This document shows, piece by piece, positions 1 to 8,257 of a stretch of 63,657 bases of DNA. Every line of letters starts with the position of its first letter. The first letter of the stretch is position 1. The DNA is taken from assembly GCA_045577655.1 (NCBI GenBank), contig JAZNIU010000003.1, positions 1 through 63,657 on the forward strand, given 5' to 3'. The stretch comes from Clostridia bacterium (GTDB lineage Bacteria > Bacillota > Clostridia > RUG12999). Under the pieces are notes generated by a model. That model worked only from the letters and a program-made list of their open reading frames with translations, made no database searches and was not told the origin of the DNA. The position numbers and the translations under genes were made by a program.

Positions 1-962
1 GTAACAAGCGGACGGGTTTTAAGTTTTTTTGTTTTAAGCATTTCTGCCATTTTTTCCATTTTAAGTCTGCCGCCCGGTGTAAGCCCGCCGTTGATGGATT
101 TGTGGCCCATACCAACGCCCCATTCTACTCTTGGTATTTTGATATATTCACCTTCTCCAAGATAGTTGACGTTGCCGATTACACCGCCTGGTTTTAACAT
201 TTTTACAGCCTGGATAAATGTGTCTGCATCGCCGCCTGCTATGACTACTCTGTCAACACCGGCTCCGTTAGTTTTTCTGAGGACTTGTTCAACAATGTCC
301 CCTTCTTTATAGTTTATAATATCGGTAGCACCATATTCTTTTGCTATTTCAACACATTTTGGTCTGCTTCCCACAGCATAAATGTGTGCTGCTCCCCTTA
401 AACTTGTTCCGCATACAGACATAAGACCGACGGGTCCTATTCCTATAACGCAGACACTGTCACCAAACTGAACATCTGCAAGCTCAACCCCGTGAAAACC
501 TGTTACTACCATATCGGGCAGCATAACCGCTTCTACCGGATCAATTCCATCTGGCAGGTGTGCCAGGTTGGCATCCGCTTCATTGACATGAAAATATTCT
601 GAAAAGACACCATCTTTATAGTTGGAAAACTTCCATCCCGAAAGCATACCGTTGGAATGCATGGGATATCCGCTTTGAGAAAACTTTGTTCCCCAGTCGG
701 GTGTTATCGCAGGAACAATAACTCTGTCCCCTTTTTTAAAATCTGCTACAAGTTCGCCCACTTCATCTACTTCGCCAACAGCTTCATGTCCAAGTATCAT
801 ATCGTGTCTGTCACCAATTGCGCCTGCCCAGACAGTGTGAACGTCCGAGCTGCAGGGTGCAACACAAATAGGTTTTACTATAGCATCAAGAGGGCCGCAT
901 TTTGGCCTGTCCTTTTCAATCCAGCCTGTCTTCCCGACAGAAAGCATTGCAAATCCTTTCAT
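1..962 (-). CDS. Zn-dependent NADP-type secondary (isopropanol-type) alcohol dehydrogenase; 3' end of the gene is cut off by the window edge
   Basis: Not in the ORF track because it is truncated. Hand translation of the minus strand from ATG at 960-962 gives MKGFAMLSVGKTGWIEKDRPKCGPLDAIVKPICVAPCSSDVHTVWAG...GHEAVGEV...NGMLSGWKFSNYKDGVFSEYFHVNEAD...PDMVVTGFHG. From memory this is nearly colinear with the Clostridium beijerinckii / Thermoanaerobacter brockii secondary ADH, including the Cys37/His59/Asp150-type Zn ligand positions. Confidence 0.85.
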   Translation of the reverse strand, partial: MKGFAMLSVGKTGWIEKDRPKCGPLDAIVKPICVAPCSSDVHTVWAGAIGDRHDMILGHEAVGEVDEVGELVADFKKGDRVIVPAITPDWGTKFSQSGYPMHSNGMLSGWKFSNYKDGVFSEYFHVNEADANLAHLPDGIDPVEAVMLPDMVVTGFHGVELADVQFGDSVCVIGIGPVGLMSVCGTSLRGAAHIYAVGSRPKCVEIAKEYGATDIINYKEGDIVEQVLRKTNGAGVDRVVIAGGDADTFIQAVKMLKPGGVIGNVNYLGEGEYIKIPRVEWGVGMGHKSINGGLTPGGRLKMEKMAEMLKTKKLKTRPLV

Positions 963-1022
963 ATAAACATCCTCCAAACGAAAATTTTACAATGCTTATT
1001 ATGTCCGTAATTTTTTTAAAAA

Positions 1023-2039
1023 TTACATTTTTTTAATTATGGAACGCCCTCTTGTTAATGAACAAGGCATAAGATAACTGTCAGCGCATTTGTTTCCCTC
1101 AATTAAATTCAGTACATCATGTGCACCAAGCGTCCCTATTGTATAAAATGGAAGTCTTGCACAGGAAATTTCAGGATATAAATATTCTGCTCCTGCCGCA
1201 TAAATTGCACAAATAACAGAAACATCTTTGCCGATGACGAGTCCTTTGTCTATACAATTTTTATAAATCTTTGCTGCACATGCAAGGTTGCTTGCAATAA
1301 AAGACGCGCCTTTTTCTAAAGCGTTTTCTGTTTGCGACGGTTTTAAAACTCTGTTTTCTCCAAAATCCATACCGTTAAATTCCGCGCAAGCTTTAACGCC
1401 TCTTAATATTTCTTCCGACTGACCGGAAATTCTGTCATAATCGTCTTCTTCCTGTTCCACAAAATAAATATTTTTGTTTTCCTCTTCGATAAGAGCATTA
1501 CAAGCTGAATAGCCGCAACTGAAATAGTCAAATTTTATATGTCTGCTTTTACTGAAAACGTCGTCTTCTATCATACTCTCGCTATTTATAAAAACTGCCG
1601 GAATATTATTTTCTCTTACAAGCTTTTCATTTTCTTCTTCGCTGAACTCAACGCCCATATCATATGGACATATAATTACAACTCCGTCTATTTTTCCCAT
1701 TTTAAAAAGTTCGACATATTCATAAGGATTGCTTCCGACAGAGCTTATAATAACGGTATATCCGTTTTTTTCGCATGCATCGTATATCCCAAGCAAAATC
1801 TCGTTAAAATGCCCTTCAGTTACCGAAAAATAGCTTACAACGGCAAGTGCTTTACTTTTTCCCGTTCTCATGGTTCTGGCAAGAGCCGACGGTTTATACC
1901 CAAGTTTTTCCACTGCATCATAAATCTTTTTTCTTGTCCCATCGGATATTTTCTGAAATTTTGTATTGTTCAGAACAAATGACACGGTTGTTACGCTGAC
2001 ACCCGCTTCTTTTGCAACATCTTTTATGGTTACTCTCAT
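1023..2039 (-). CDS. LacI family transcriptional regulator
   Basis: N-terminal HTH MRVTIKDVAKEAGVSVTTVSFVLNN followed by a periplasmic-binding-protein-like sugar-binding fold. I prefer the internal ATG at 2037-2039 because GAGGGA lies 8 nt upstream. The ORF track extends 5 codons further, to 2054. Confidence 0.85.
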   Translation of the reverse strand: MRVTIKDVAKEAGVSVTTVSFVLNNTKFQKISDGTRKKIYDAVEKLGYKPSALARTMRTGKSKALAVVSYFSVTEGHFNEILLGIYDACEKNGYTVIISSVGSNPYEYVELFKMGKIDGVVIICPYDMGVEFSEEENEKLVRENNIPAVFINSESMIEDDVFSKSRHIKFDYFSCGYSACNALIEEENKNIYFVEQEEDDYDRISGQSEEILRGVKACAEFNGMDFGENRVLKPSQTENALEKGASFIASNLACAAKIYKNCIDKGLVIGKDVSVICAIYAAGAEYLYPEISCARLPFYTIGTLGAHDVLNLIEGNKCADSYLMPCSLTRGRSIIKKM

Positions 2040-2106
2040 AGGAATATCCCTCATTTACTTAATCGTTTTAGTTATATTTTATCCTATTACGGATTTTATG
2101 TCAATA

Positions 2107-2135
2107 TTGACTTTTTTTCTTTACTATTATATAAT
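2107..2135 (+). promoter_or_regulatory. sigma-A-type promoter upstream of dxs
   Basis: TTGACT (2107-2112), a 17-nt spacer, then TATAAT (2130-2135), about 36 nt upstream of the dxs ATG. RBS is GGAGG. Confidence 0.5.
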
Positions 2136-2171
2136 ATTTAAAGTATATTAACTTGTATTTCGGAGGCCGTT

Positions 2172-4019
2172 ATGGAGCTGATTTTTGACGTTAACAGTCC
2201 TAAAGATTTGAAAAAATTAACCCCTGCTCAGTTAAAACAGTATGCAGCGGAAGCGCGTGAGTTTATCACTAATACTGTTTCTGAAACAGGCGGTCATCTG
2301 TCTTCAAATCTCGGCACTGTAGAAATAATTTGTGCAATGCACTATGTTTTTAACAGCCCGAGAGATAAATTTATTTTTGACGTTGGACATCAGGCTTATG
2401 TTCATAAGCTCATAACAGGAAGAAGAGACGAATTTTCAACTCTTCGGAGTTTTGGCGGCATTTCCGGTTTCCCAAAACGTAGCGAGAGCATTCATGATGT
2501 GTTTAACACCGGCCACAGCAGCACTTCCCTTTCCGCTGCACTTGGTATTGCCCGTACTGCTGCTCTGTCGGACGAATATTATCACATTGTTTCGCTTGTT
2601 GGCGACGGTGCTCTCACCGGCGGTATGCTTTATGAAGCAATGGCAGATGCCGGCGCTTCCAAGAACAAGCTTATTATGATTGTAAACGACAATGAAATGT
2701 CCATTTCAAAAAATGTGGGCGCAATTTCTGCTCATCTCAGCAACATCCGAAGTGGAAGTGTTTATAATAAATTTAAAAATGCTCTTCGGGAAACCTTGAA
2801 AAACCATCCCGGTATTTTTTCTGTTCTGGCAAGAACTAAAAACGGAATCAAAAATATGTTGGTGCACAACAATATGTTTGAGGCGTTGGGTTTCAGATAT
2901 TTTGGCCCCTTTGACGGTAACAATCTTGGTCAGATGATTAAGATTTTAAACAGAGTCAAAAATATTGACGATAATTGTGTTATACATGTTAACACAGTAA
3001 AAGGCAAAGGATATCCCCCCGCAGAAAACAACCCCTCTTTGTATCACGGAACATCGGGGTTTGATGTTGAAAGCGGAACACAAACATCATCCAAAAAAAG
3101 TTTTTCATCTGTTATGGGCGATTGCCTTACACAGCTTGCACATAAAAACAATAAGATAACCGCTATCACTGCTGCGATGACGACGGGAACAGGACTTTCA
3201 CGATTTGCGGAAAATTTTCCCGACCGGTTCTTTGATGTAGGGATAGCTGAAGGGCACGCCGTTACACTTGCAGGAGGTATGGCAGTTTCAGGATATACAC
3301 CTGTTTTTGCTGTATATTCAACCTTTTTGCAGCGTGCCTATGACCAGATTTTGCATGACATATGCCTGCAGAATCTGCACGTTGTTTTCTGCATTGACCG
3401 GGCAGGAATTGTCGGTGAAGACGGAGACACTCACCACGGACTTTATGATATAGCATTTTTGTCTCATATGCCAAATATGACAATCCTTGCTCCATCCGAT
3501 TTTTCCGAGCTTGAAAAAATGCTTGATTATGCAATAAATGTCCATAGCGGTCCCATTGCAATACGATATCCGAAAACTGCAGCGCCCATTATTCCCGAAC
3601 ATAGCTCGCCCATCAGTTATGGCAGGGGCGAAATACTTGTTCCGGGCGGAGATGTTCTTATATTTGCTGCGGGAGATATGGTGCAATCTGCAGTCCATAC
3701 CCGCGAAATCTTGCGTCAGAGTCGCATTTCTGCAATGGTTGTTGACCTTCGGTTTATTAAACCGCTTGACACAAAACTTATTCTGTCAAACACAGTTGGC
3801 AAAAACCTTATAGTCACAATGGAAAATGGTGTTATCTCTGGTGGTATCGGCGAAAAGATTTCTGCACTTTTGTTTTCAAACAGTGTTAAGACTCCTGTTT
3901 ATTCCTTTGCTTTTCCCGACCAACCCATTCCTCACGGCAAAAATGACATTTTGTTTGATGAATATGGGCTCACTCCCGATAAAATGGCAGGAAAAATTCT
4001 TGAACTTTTAGAACAATAA
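2172..4019 (+). CDS. dxs: 1-deoxy-D-xylulose-5-phosphate synthase
   Basis: 615 aa with the TPP-enzyme layout: GGHLSSNLG, DVGHQAY, GDGALTGGM.EA.. motifs, then a transketolase-like pyrimidine-binding domain and C-terminal domain. Confidence 0.95.
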   Translation: MELIFDVNSPKDLKKLTPAQLKQYAAEAREFITNTVSETGGHLSSNLGTVEIICAMHYVFNSPRDKFIFDVGHQAYVHKLITGRRDEFSTLRSFGGISGFPKRSESIHDVFNTGHSSTSLSAALGIARTAALSDEYYHIVSLVGDGALTGGMLYEAMADAGASKNKLIMIVNDNEMSISKNVGAISAHLSNIRSGSVYNKFKNALRETLKNHPGIFSVLARTKNGIKNMLVHNNMFEALGFRYFGPFDGNNLGQMIKILNRVKNIDDNCVIHVNTVKGKGYPPAENNPSLYHGTSGFDVESGTQTSSKKSFSSVMGDCLTQLAHKNNKITAITAAMTTGTGLSRFAENFPDRFFDVGIAEGHAVTLAGGMAVSGYTPVFAVYSTFLQRAYDQILHDICLQNLHVVFCIDRAGIVGEDGDTHHGLYDIAFLSHMPNMTILAPSDFSELEKMLDYAINVHSGPIAIRYPKTAAPIIPEHSSPISYGRGEILVPGGDVLIFAAGDMVQSAVHTREILRQSRISAMVVDLRFIKPLDTKLILSNTVGKNLIVTMENGVISGGIGEKISALLFSNSVKTPVYSFAFPDQPIPHGKNDILFDEYGLTPDKMAGKILELLEQ

Positions 4020-4042
4020 ATTTCTTCAGAAAGGTATGTTTT

Positions 4043-4846
4043 ATGTCAAAGACAAGACTTGATGTTTATATAACTGAACAGGGTATGGCCCCCTCAAGAG
4101 AGAAAGCAAAGGCATATATTATGTCCGGCATAGTTTTTGTTAACAACCAGAAAGTGGACAAAGCGGGTGCTACCGTCTCCGAGACTGATGTTGTGGAAGT
4201 CCGCGGCAAAAAAATGCCCTATGTCAGCCGTGGGGGCTATAAGCTTGAAAAAGCCGTTTCCTCGTTTGGTATTGACCTTATGGATAAAATATGTATGGAC
4301 GCAGGCGCCTCTACCGGCGGTTTTACCGACTGTATGCTTAAAAACGGTGCACAAAAGGTTTATTCGGTTGATGTCGGTTACGGTCAGCTTGCCTGGGAGC
4401 TTAGGACAAACGATAAGGTTATTAACCTCGAAAGAACAAATATAAGATATCTCACCGAAGAGCAGGTGCCCGAAAAAGTCGATTTTATATCTGTAGATTT
4501 ATCTTTTATTTCGCTCAAACTGATATTGCCTGTTATAAAAGGATTCCTTTCAGAAAACGGACACATTATGTGTCTTATAAAACCCCAGTTTGAAGCGGGC
4601 AGAGAAAAGGTTGGGAAAAAAGGTGTTGTGCGCGACAAAGCTGTTCACCGGGAAGTTATAGAAGAAATATACAATTTTTCAAAAAGTATCGGTCTTTTTG
4701 CCCATGGGCTTGACTTCTCTCCCATCAAAGGACCTGAAGGAAACATCGAATATCTTATCTATCTTTCAGCATCTGACGATGACATCGTTTCTTCAGATAT
4801 TATAGAAAATCTTGTGGAAAAATCTCACACGGAGCTTGATTCATGA
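4043..4846 (+). CDS. tlyA: TlyA family rRNA (cytidine-2'-O)-methyltransferase
   Basis: 267 aa. N-terminal S4 domain (RLDVYITEQG...SREKAKAYI) plus an FtsJ-like methyltransferase (DAGASTGGFTDC). The dxs-tlyA adjacency is conserved in Firmicutes. Confidence 0.9.
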   Translation: MSKTRLDVYITEQGMAPSREKAKAYIMSGIVFVNNQKVDKAGATVSETDVVEVRGKKMPYVSRGGYKLEKAVSSFGIDLMDKICMDAGASTGGFTDCMLKNGAQKVYSVDVGYGQLAWELRTNDKVINLERTNIRYLTEEQVPEKVDFISVDLSFISLKLILPVIKGFLSENGHIMCLIKPQFEAGREKVGKKGVVRDKAVHREVIEEIYNFSKSIGLFAHGLDFSPIKGPEGNIEYLIYLSASDDDIVSSDIIENLVEKSHTELDS

Positions 4847-5322
4847 ATAAAACAAACAAACTGACTTTTAGTGCCATAATCTGTGCACTTTCTCTGGCAA
4901 TCTTTTTCCTTGCTTCTGCCCTGACAACAGGCACACTGACTTTTCAGTATATTGCAGGTCTTCTTATAATGCTTGCAGTCGCCCGTTCGGGAATTAAGTT
5001 TGGAATTTTGTCATATTTTGTAATCTGCATTTCAGGATGGGTTTTAATTCCTGATAAAACCATTATTATCTCCTATATTATTTTCTTTGGCAGCATACCG
5101 CTTATAAAGTATTTTGCCGAGAAAAAAGGGCGAATTGTTGAATGGATTATCAAGCTTATATGTTTCAACCTCTTTGTTTTTGGAATATATTTTGCTTACC
5201 GGACAATGCTCTCCTACTCGCTTATTATAATCTGGCTTGTTTTTCTGGCAGCCGCTCTGCTCTATGATGTGCTTTTAAGTTTCGGATTTACTTTTGCATC
5301 CAAATATTTAAAAAAGCCTTGA
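4843..5322 (+). CDS. hypothetical integral membrane protein (about 5 TM segments)
   Basis: 159 aa and strongly hydrophobic. Its start overlaps the tlyA stop (ATGA), which suggests translational coupling. I do not recognise a family. Confidence 0.5.
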   Translation: MNKTNKLTFSAIICALSLAIFFLASALTTGTLTFQYIAGLLIMLAVARSGIKFGILSYFVICISGWVLIPDKTIIISYIIFFGSIPLIKYFAEKKGRIVEWIIKLICFNLFVFGIYFAYRTMLSYSLIIIWLVFLAAALLYDVLLSFGFTFASKYLKKP

Positions 5323-5386
5323 CATCAGTTGTCAGTAATTATATAATAAATAAATGAGTTCTATATGGAAAGGATATGTTATTTAA

Positions 5387-6121
5387 ATGTCAGGACATTC
5401 AAAATGGTCAAACATAAAACATAAAAAAGAAAAGACCGACGCTCAGAAAGGTAAAATCTTTACAAAGCTTGGTCGTGAAATCGCAGTAATAGTTAAAGCA
5501 GGCGGACCCGACCCGGCGTCCAACTCCAAACTTAAAGATGTTATCAGCAAAGCCCGCAGTGCGAATATGCCAAACGACAACATTCAGAGATGTATTAAAA
5601 AAGCTGCCGGCGAAGGAGATGCCAATAACTACGAAGATATCACATACGAAGGCTACGGTCCCAGAGGTGTGGCTGTTATTGTTGAATCGCTCACAGACAA
5701 CAGAAACCGTACCGGCGGTGATATGAAACACTATTTTGATAAATTCGGCGGAAACCTCGGTGCAACAGGCTGTGTGTCCTGGATGTTCGACCGCAAAGGT
5801 CTTATCATTATCGAAGATGAAGATGGCGAAATAGACGAAGAAACTCTGATGATGGAAGCGCTTGATGCAGGTGCGGAAGATTTCTCTGCTGAAATGGGTT
5901 ATTTTGAAATAATCACTGCTCCTGAGGATTTTTCAAACGTAAGCTCTGCTCTTGAAGAAAAAGGCTATAAGTTTTCTACTTCCGAAATCAGTATGATTCC
6001 TCAGAACTACACAAAACTTTCCGACCCTGAAGATATTAAACTTATGAACAAACTTCTTGAAATGCTGGAAGATAACGACGACGTTCAGAATGTTTATCAC
6101 AACTGGGAAATGGACGAATAA
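5387..6121 (+). CDS. YebC/PmpR family DNA-binding transcriptional regulator
   Basis: 244 aa with the canonical N-terminus [28 protein letters not shown]. Confidence 0.93.
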   Translation: MSGHSKWSNIKHKKEKTDAQKGKIFTKLGREIAVIVKAGGPDPASNSKLKDVISKARSANMPNDNIQRCIKKAAGEGDANNYEDITYEGYGPRGVAVIVESLTDNRNRTGGDMKHYFDKFGGNLGATGCVSWMFDRKGLIIIEDEDGEIDEETLMMEALDAGAEDFSAEMGYFEIITAPEDFSNVSSALEEKGYKFSTSEISMIPQNYTKLSDPEDIKLMNKLLEMLEDNDDVQNVYHNWEMDE

Positions 6122-6131
6122 TAAAAATAAC

Positions 6132-6158
6132 AAAACCGCTGTTTGACACAGCGGTTTT
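6132..6158. terminator. bidirectional intrinsic terminator between convergent yebC and spo0A
   Basis: AAAACCGCTGT / TTGAC loop / ACAGCGGTTTT. The perfect 11-bp stem is flanked by A-runs and T-runs on both strands. Confidence 0.75.
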
Positions 6159-6165
6159 TATTATT

Positions 6166-6948
6166 TTAGGAAGCTTTTTTGTTTTGTCTTTTAATTTTAA
6201 GTCTTATTTTGTCTGCTATCATAGCAATAAATTCCGAGTTTGTGGGTTTGTCTTTGGTAAATTTAACCGTATGTCCAAACAACTTGTTCAATGTGTCTAT
6301 GTCCCCTCTTTGCCAGGAAACTTCTATCGCATGTCTGATAGCTCTTTCCACTCTGGAAGAAGTTGTCTTGTGTTTCTTTGCAATTCCCGGATAAAGTTCT
6401 TTTGTTACGGCATTTATAAGTTCCATATCCTCCACTACCCACATAATTGCATCACGCAAAAACTGATATCCTTTTATATGAGCCGGAACACCAATTGTTT
6501 TTATCATGTTGCTTACCATTATTTCAACATCAAACTCTTCATTGTCAATCTCTGCCATTTTCTCTTCTTTGTCATTAGCTTTAGTAAAGAATGTCAGATG
6601 CTGGTAAAGCGTTTTTGCATCAAACGGTTTTGGCAGATAAAATGATGCACCGCACGCTGCAGCTCTAGATATCATAGCATCGTTTGTGAATGCAGACATC
6701 ATGATTATAATCGGCTTTTTCGCCTCAGTTTTGCAAATCTTCTCAACCAGTTCAAACCCTTCACCGTTTCTCATTATAGCTTCACATATTACAATATCTG
6801 CACCAAATCTTACAAAAGCCTCATAACCGGAATTGCCTCCAACAACATTCATAATCCTGTCAAACTCAGGAAAAATTTCAAGCTCTCTTTTAAGAGTTTC
6901 ACCAACTTCTCTGTTATCATCAATTATCAATACTTTAAATTTCGACAT
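6166..6948 (-). CDS. spo0A: sporulation transcription factor Spo0A
   Basis: Receiver domain (KVLIIDDN...) plus the diagnostic Spo0A C-terminal domain (GVPAHIKGYQFLRDAI...TSSRVERAIRHAIEVSW...PTNSEFIAMIADKIRL). Start is placed at MSKFKV (ATG 6946-6948, RBS AAGGA), because a good promoter lies inside the longer track ORF (to 7029). Confidence 0.93.
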   Translation of the reverse strand: MSKFKVLIIDDNREVGETLKRELEIFPEFDRIMNVVGGNSGYEAFVRFGADIVICEAIMRNGEGFELVEKICKTEAKKPIIIMMSAFTNDAMISRAAACGASFYLPKPFDAKTLYQHLTFFTKANDKEEKMAEIDNEEFDVEIMVSNMIKTIGVPAHIKGYQFLRDAIMWVVEDMELINAVTKELYPGIAKKHKTTSSRVERAIRHAIEVSWQRGDIDTLNKLFGHTVKFTKDKPTNSEFIAMIADKIRLKIKRQNKKAS

Positions 6949-7000
6949 ATTATTGTCCTTCCTTTCTGTTGTTTTTGTGTTGTTGCAACCAACATAATGT

Positions 7001-7029
7001 ATTATAACACAAAAATTTCCATTGTTCAA
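7001..7029 (-). promoter_or_regulatory. sigma-A-type promoter for spo0A
   Basis: On the minus strand: TTGAAC (7029-7024), a 17-nt spacer, then TATAAT (7006-7001). Confidence 0.45.
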
Positions 7030-7183
7030 TATTTTAGAACTAAATTTTTTATTTTATCTGTTTTGTTAAAATATTTTGAACATATTTTGGTAATTTTAGC
7101 TAGTTTTCAGCTTTTTGGTTCAAGTTTTTGAAATTTATATACAAAAAACGCGGCGGGGGTTTAGTGATTTTGTACATAACGGC

Positions 7184-7221
7184 AAAAAGATGTTCGGTTT
7201 TTTTAAACCGAACATCTTTTT
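7184..7221 (-). terminator. intrinsic terminator after the GNAT gene
   Basis: Perfect 17-bp stem AAAAAGATGTTCGGTTT / TTTT / AAACCGAACATCTTTTT. It begins in the stop codon and is followed by a T-run on the minus strand. Confidence 0.8.
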
Positions 7222-7759
7222 ATTCTTCAATTTGTGATTTGTAAATAAGCTTAAACCTCATCGGTCCCAGATAGTTTTTCATGAGCGAAAGAAAATCTTT
7301 CTTTGTGACATTCTCGTCGGTGCACAAAAGGTCATAAACCACGCCAATTTCAGTTATTTTTACGCCAAGCTTTTTATATCCGTTAGATTCATAGAACCCA
7401 AGACGTCTTATTCGCTGGTCATAATTTTCAGCAGTTAAAAGGTCCGTGTCTTCAACAGAAAGAATAATTGCACAATCGGAATAGCTATCTCTTATAAGTT
7501 TTAAAATTTTTGTGCCATACCCCTTTCCTCTTTCCTCTTCCACAATAGCAAGATAGAAAAGGTAGACCAGGTTTCCCACATGTATTGTATATGTCAGCCC
7601 GATAAATCTGCCATCCTCTAAAACCGCTGAAAAACTGTCTCTGCCATTTTCGGTGCGCCTCATAAGAAAACCAAAGGGTGCTCTCTCATTTTTAGGAAAA
7701 GCAGTTTTATAAAGTTTTTTTACTTGTTTTCTATATTTTGCCGCAAGAGCAAGTTCCAC
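7220..7759 (-). CDS. GNAT family N-acetyltransferase
   Basis: 179 aa with an acetyl-CoA binding motif (IVEEERGKGYGTKILK). Confidence 0.8.
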   Translation of the reverse strand: MELALAAKYRKQVKKLYKTAFPKNERAPFGFLMRRTENGRDSFSAVLEDGRFIGLTYTIHVGNLVYLFYLAIVEEERGKGYGTKILKLIRDSYSDCAIILSVEDTDLLTAENYDQRIRRLGFYESNGYKKLGVKITEIGVVYDLLCTDENVTKKDFLSLMKNYLGPMRFKLIYKSQIEE

Positions 7760-7777
7760 TTTTATTACACCTCTGTG

Positions 7778-8209
7778 TTATTTTTCTTTTTTATTTATAT
7801 CACTTACTTCAACAAACCCGTCGGGAGTTTCAACAAGGTCGTGACGGTTAAGTAGAAATCTTCTCACACCAAAGAGAGCCGCAATGGCAATAACCGTGAT
7901 AAGATTTTCCCATGGAGCAACGTGTTCAACTATAAGCTGACGTGCCAGAGCAAAAGCTATAACCTCGATGATTGTTTCGGGAGTGTGTTTGCAAAGCATC
8001 TTAATAAGCTCGGCACCAATGGCCAGAATAATTGCATCATCAAGTATAATCATAAGCGAATCTGTGCCCGAAAAATTCTTGCCGAGTTCTATCAGATCAA
8101 CCACCATACCCACCGCAAAAAACAAAATGGACACCGCTACGATAACTGCGATTAAAAGCTCAAATATGTAACTCACTTCAAACATTTTTTCCTGAAGTTT
8201 TTTTCTCAT
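7778..8209 (-). CDS. PsiE-like (phosphate-starvation-inducible E family) membrane protein
   Basis: 143 aa with 4 TM segments. The pattern ...ILAIGAELIKML......IIEVIAFALARQLIVEH... resembles PsiE. This is a family-level guess only. Confidence 0.5.
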   Translation of the reverse strand: MRKKLQEKMFEVSYIFELLIAVIVAVSILFFAVGMVVDLIELGKNFSGTDSLMIILDDAIILAIGAELIKMLCKHTPETIIEVIAFALARQLIVEHVAPWENLITVIAIAALFGVRRFLLNRHDLVETPDGFVEVSDINKKEK

Positions 8210-8257
8210 AAAAATCCCTCCGCTTTCGCCATTTTTTTCATTATACCATATTTTATG

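Noticed and set aside
6940-6950. A 0A-box-like TGTCGAA sits at the spo0A start codon (ATGTCGAAA).
   Set aside because: It is simply the codons Met-Ser-Lys. A 7-mer match inside a coding start is not evidence for autoregulation.
6949-7029. The track ORF gives spo0A a 27-codon N-terminal extension.
   Set aside because: A -35/-10 promoter pair lies inside the extension, and the extension has no RBS. The receiver domain begins at MSKFKVLIIDD, as in other Spo0A proteins.
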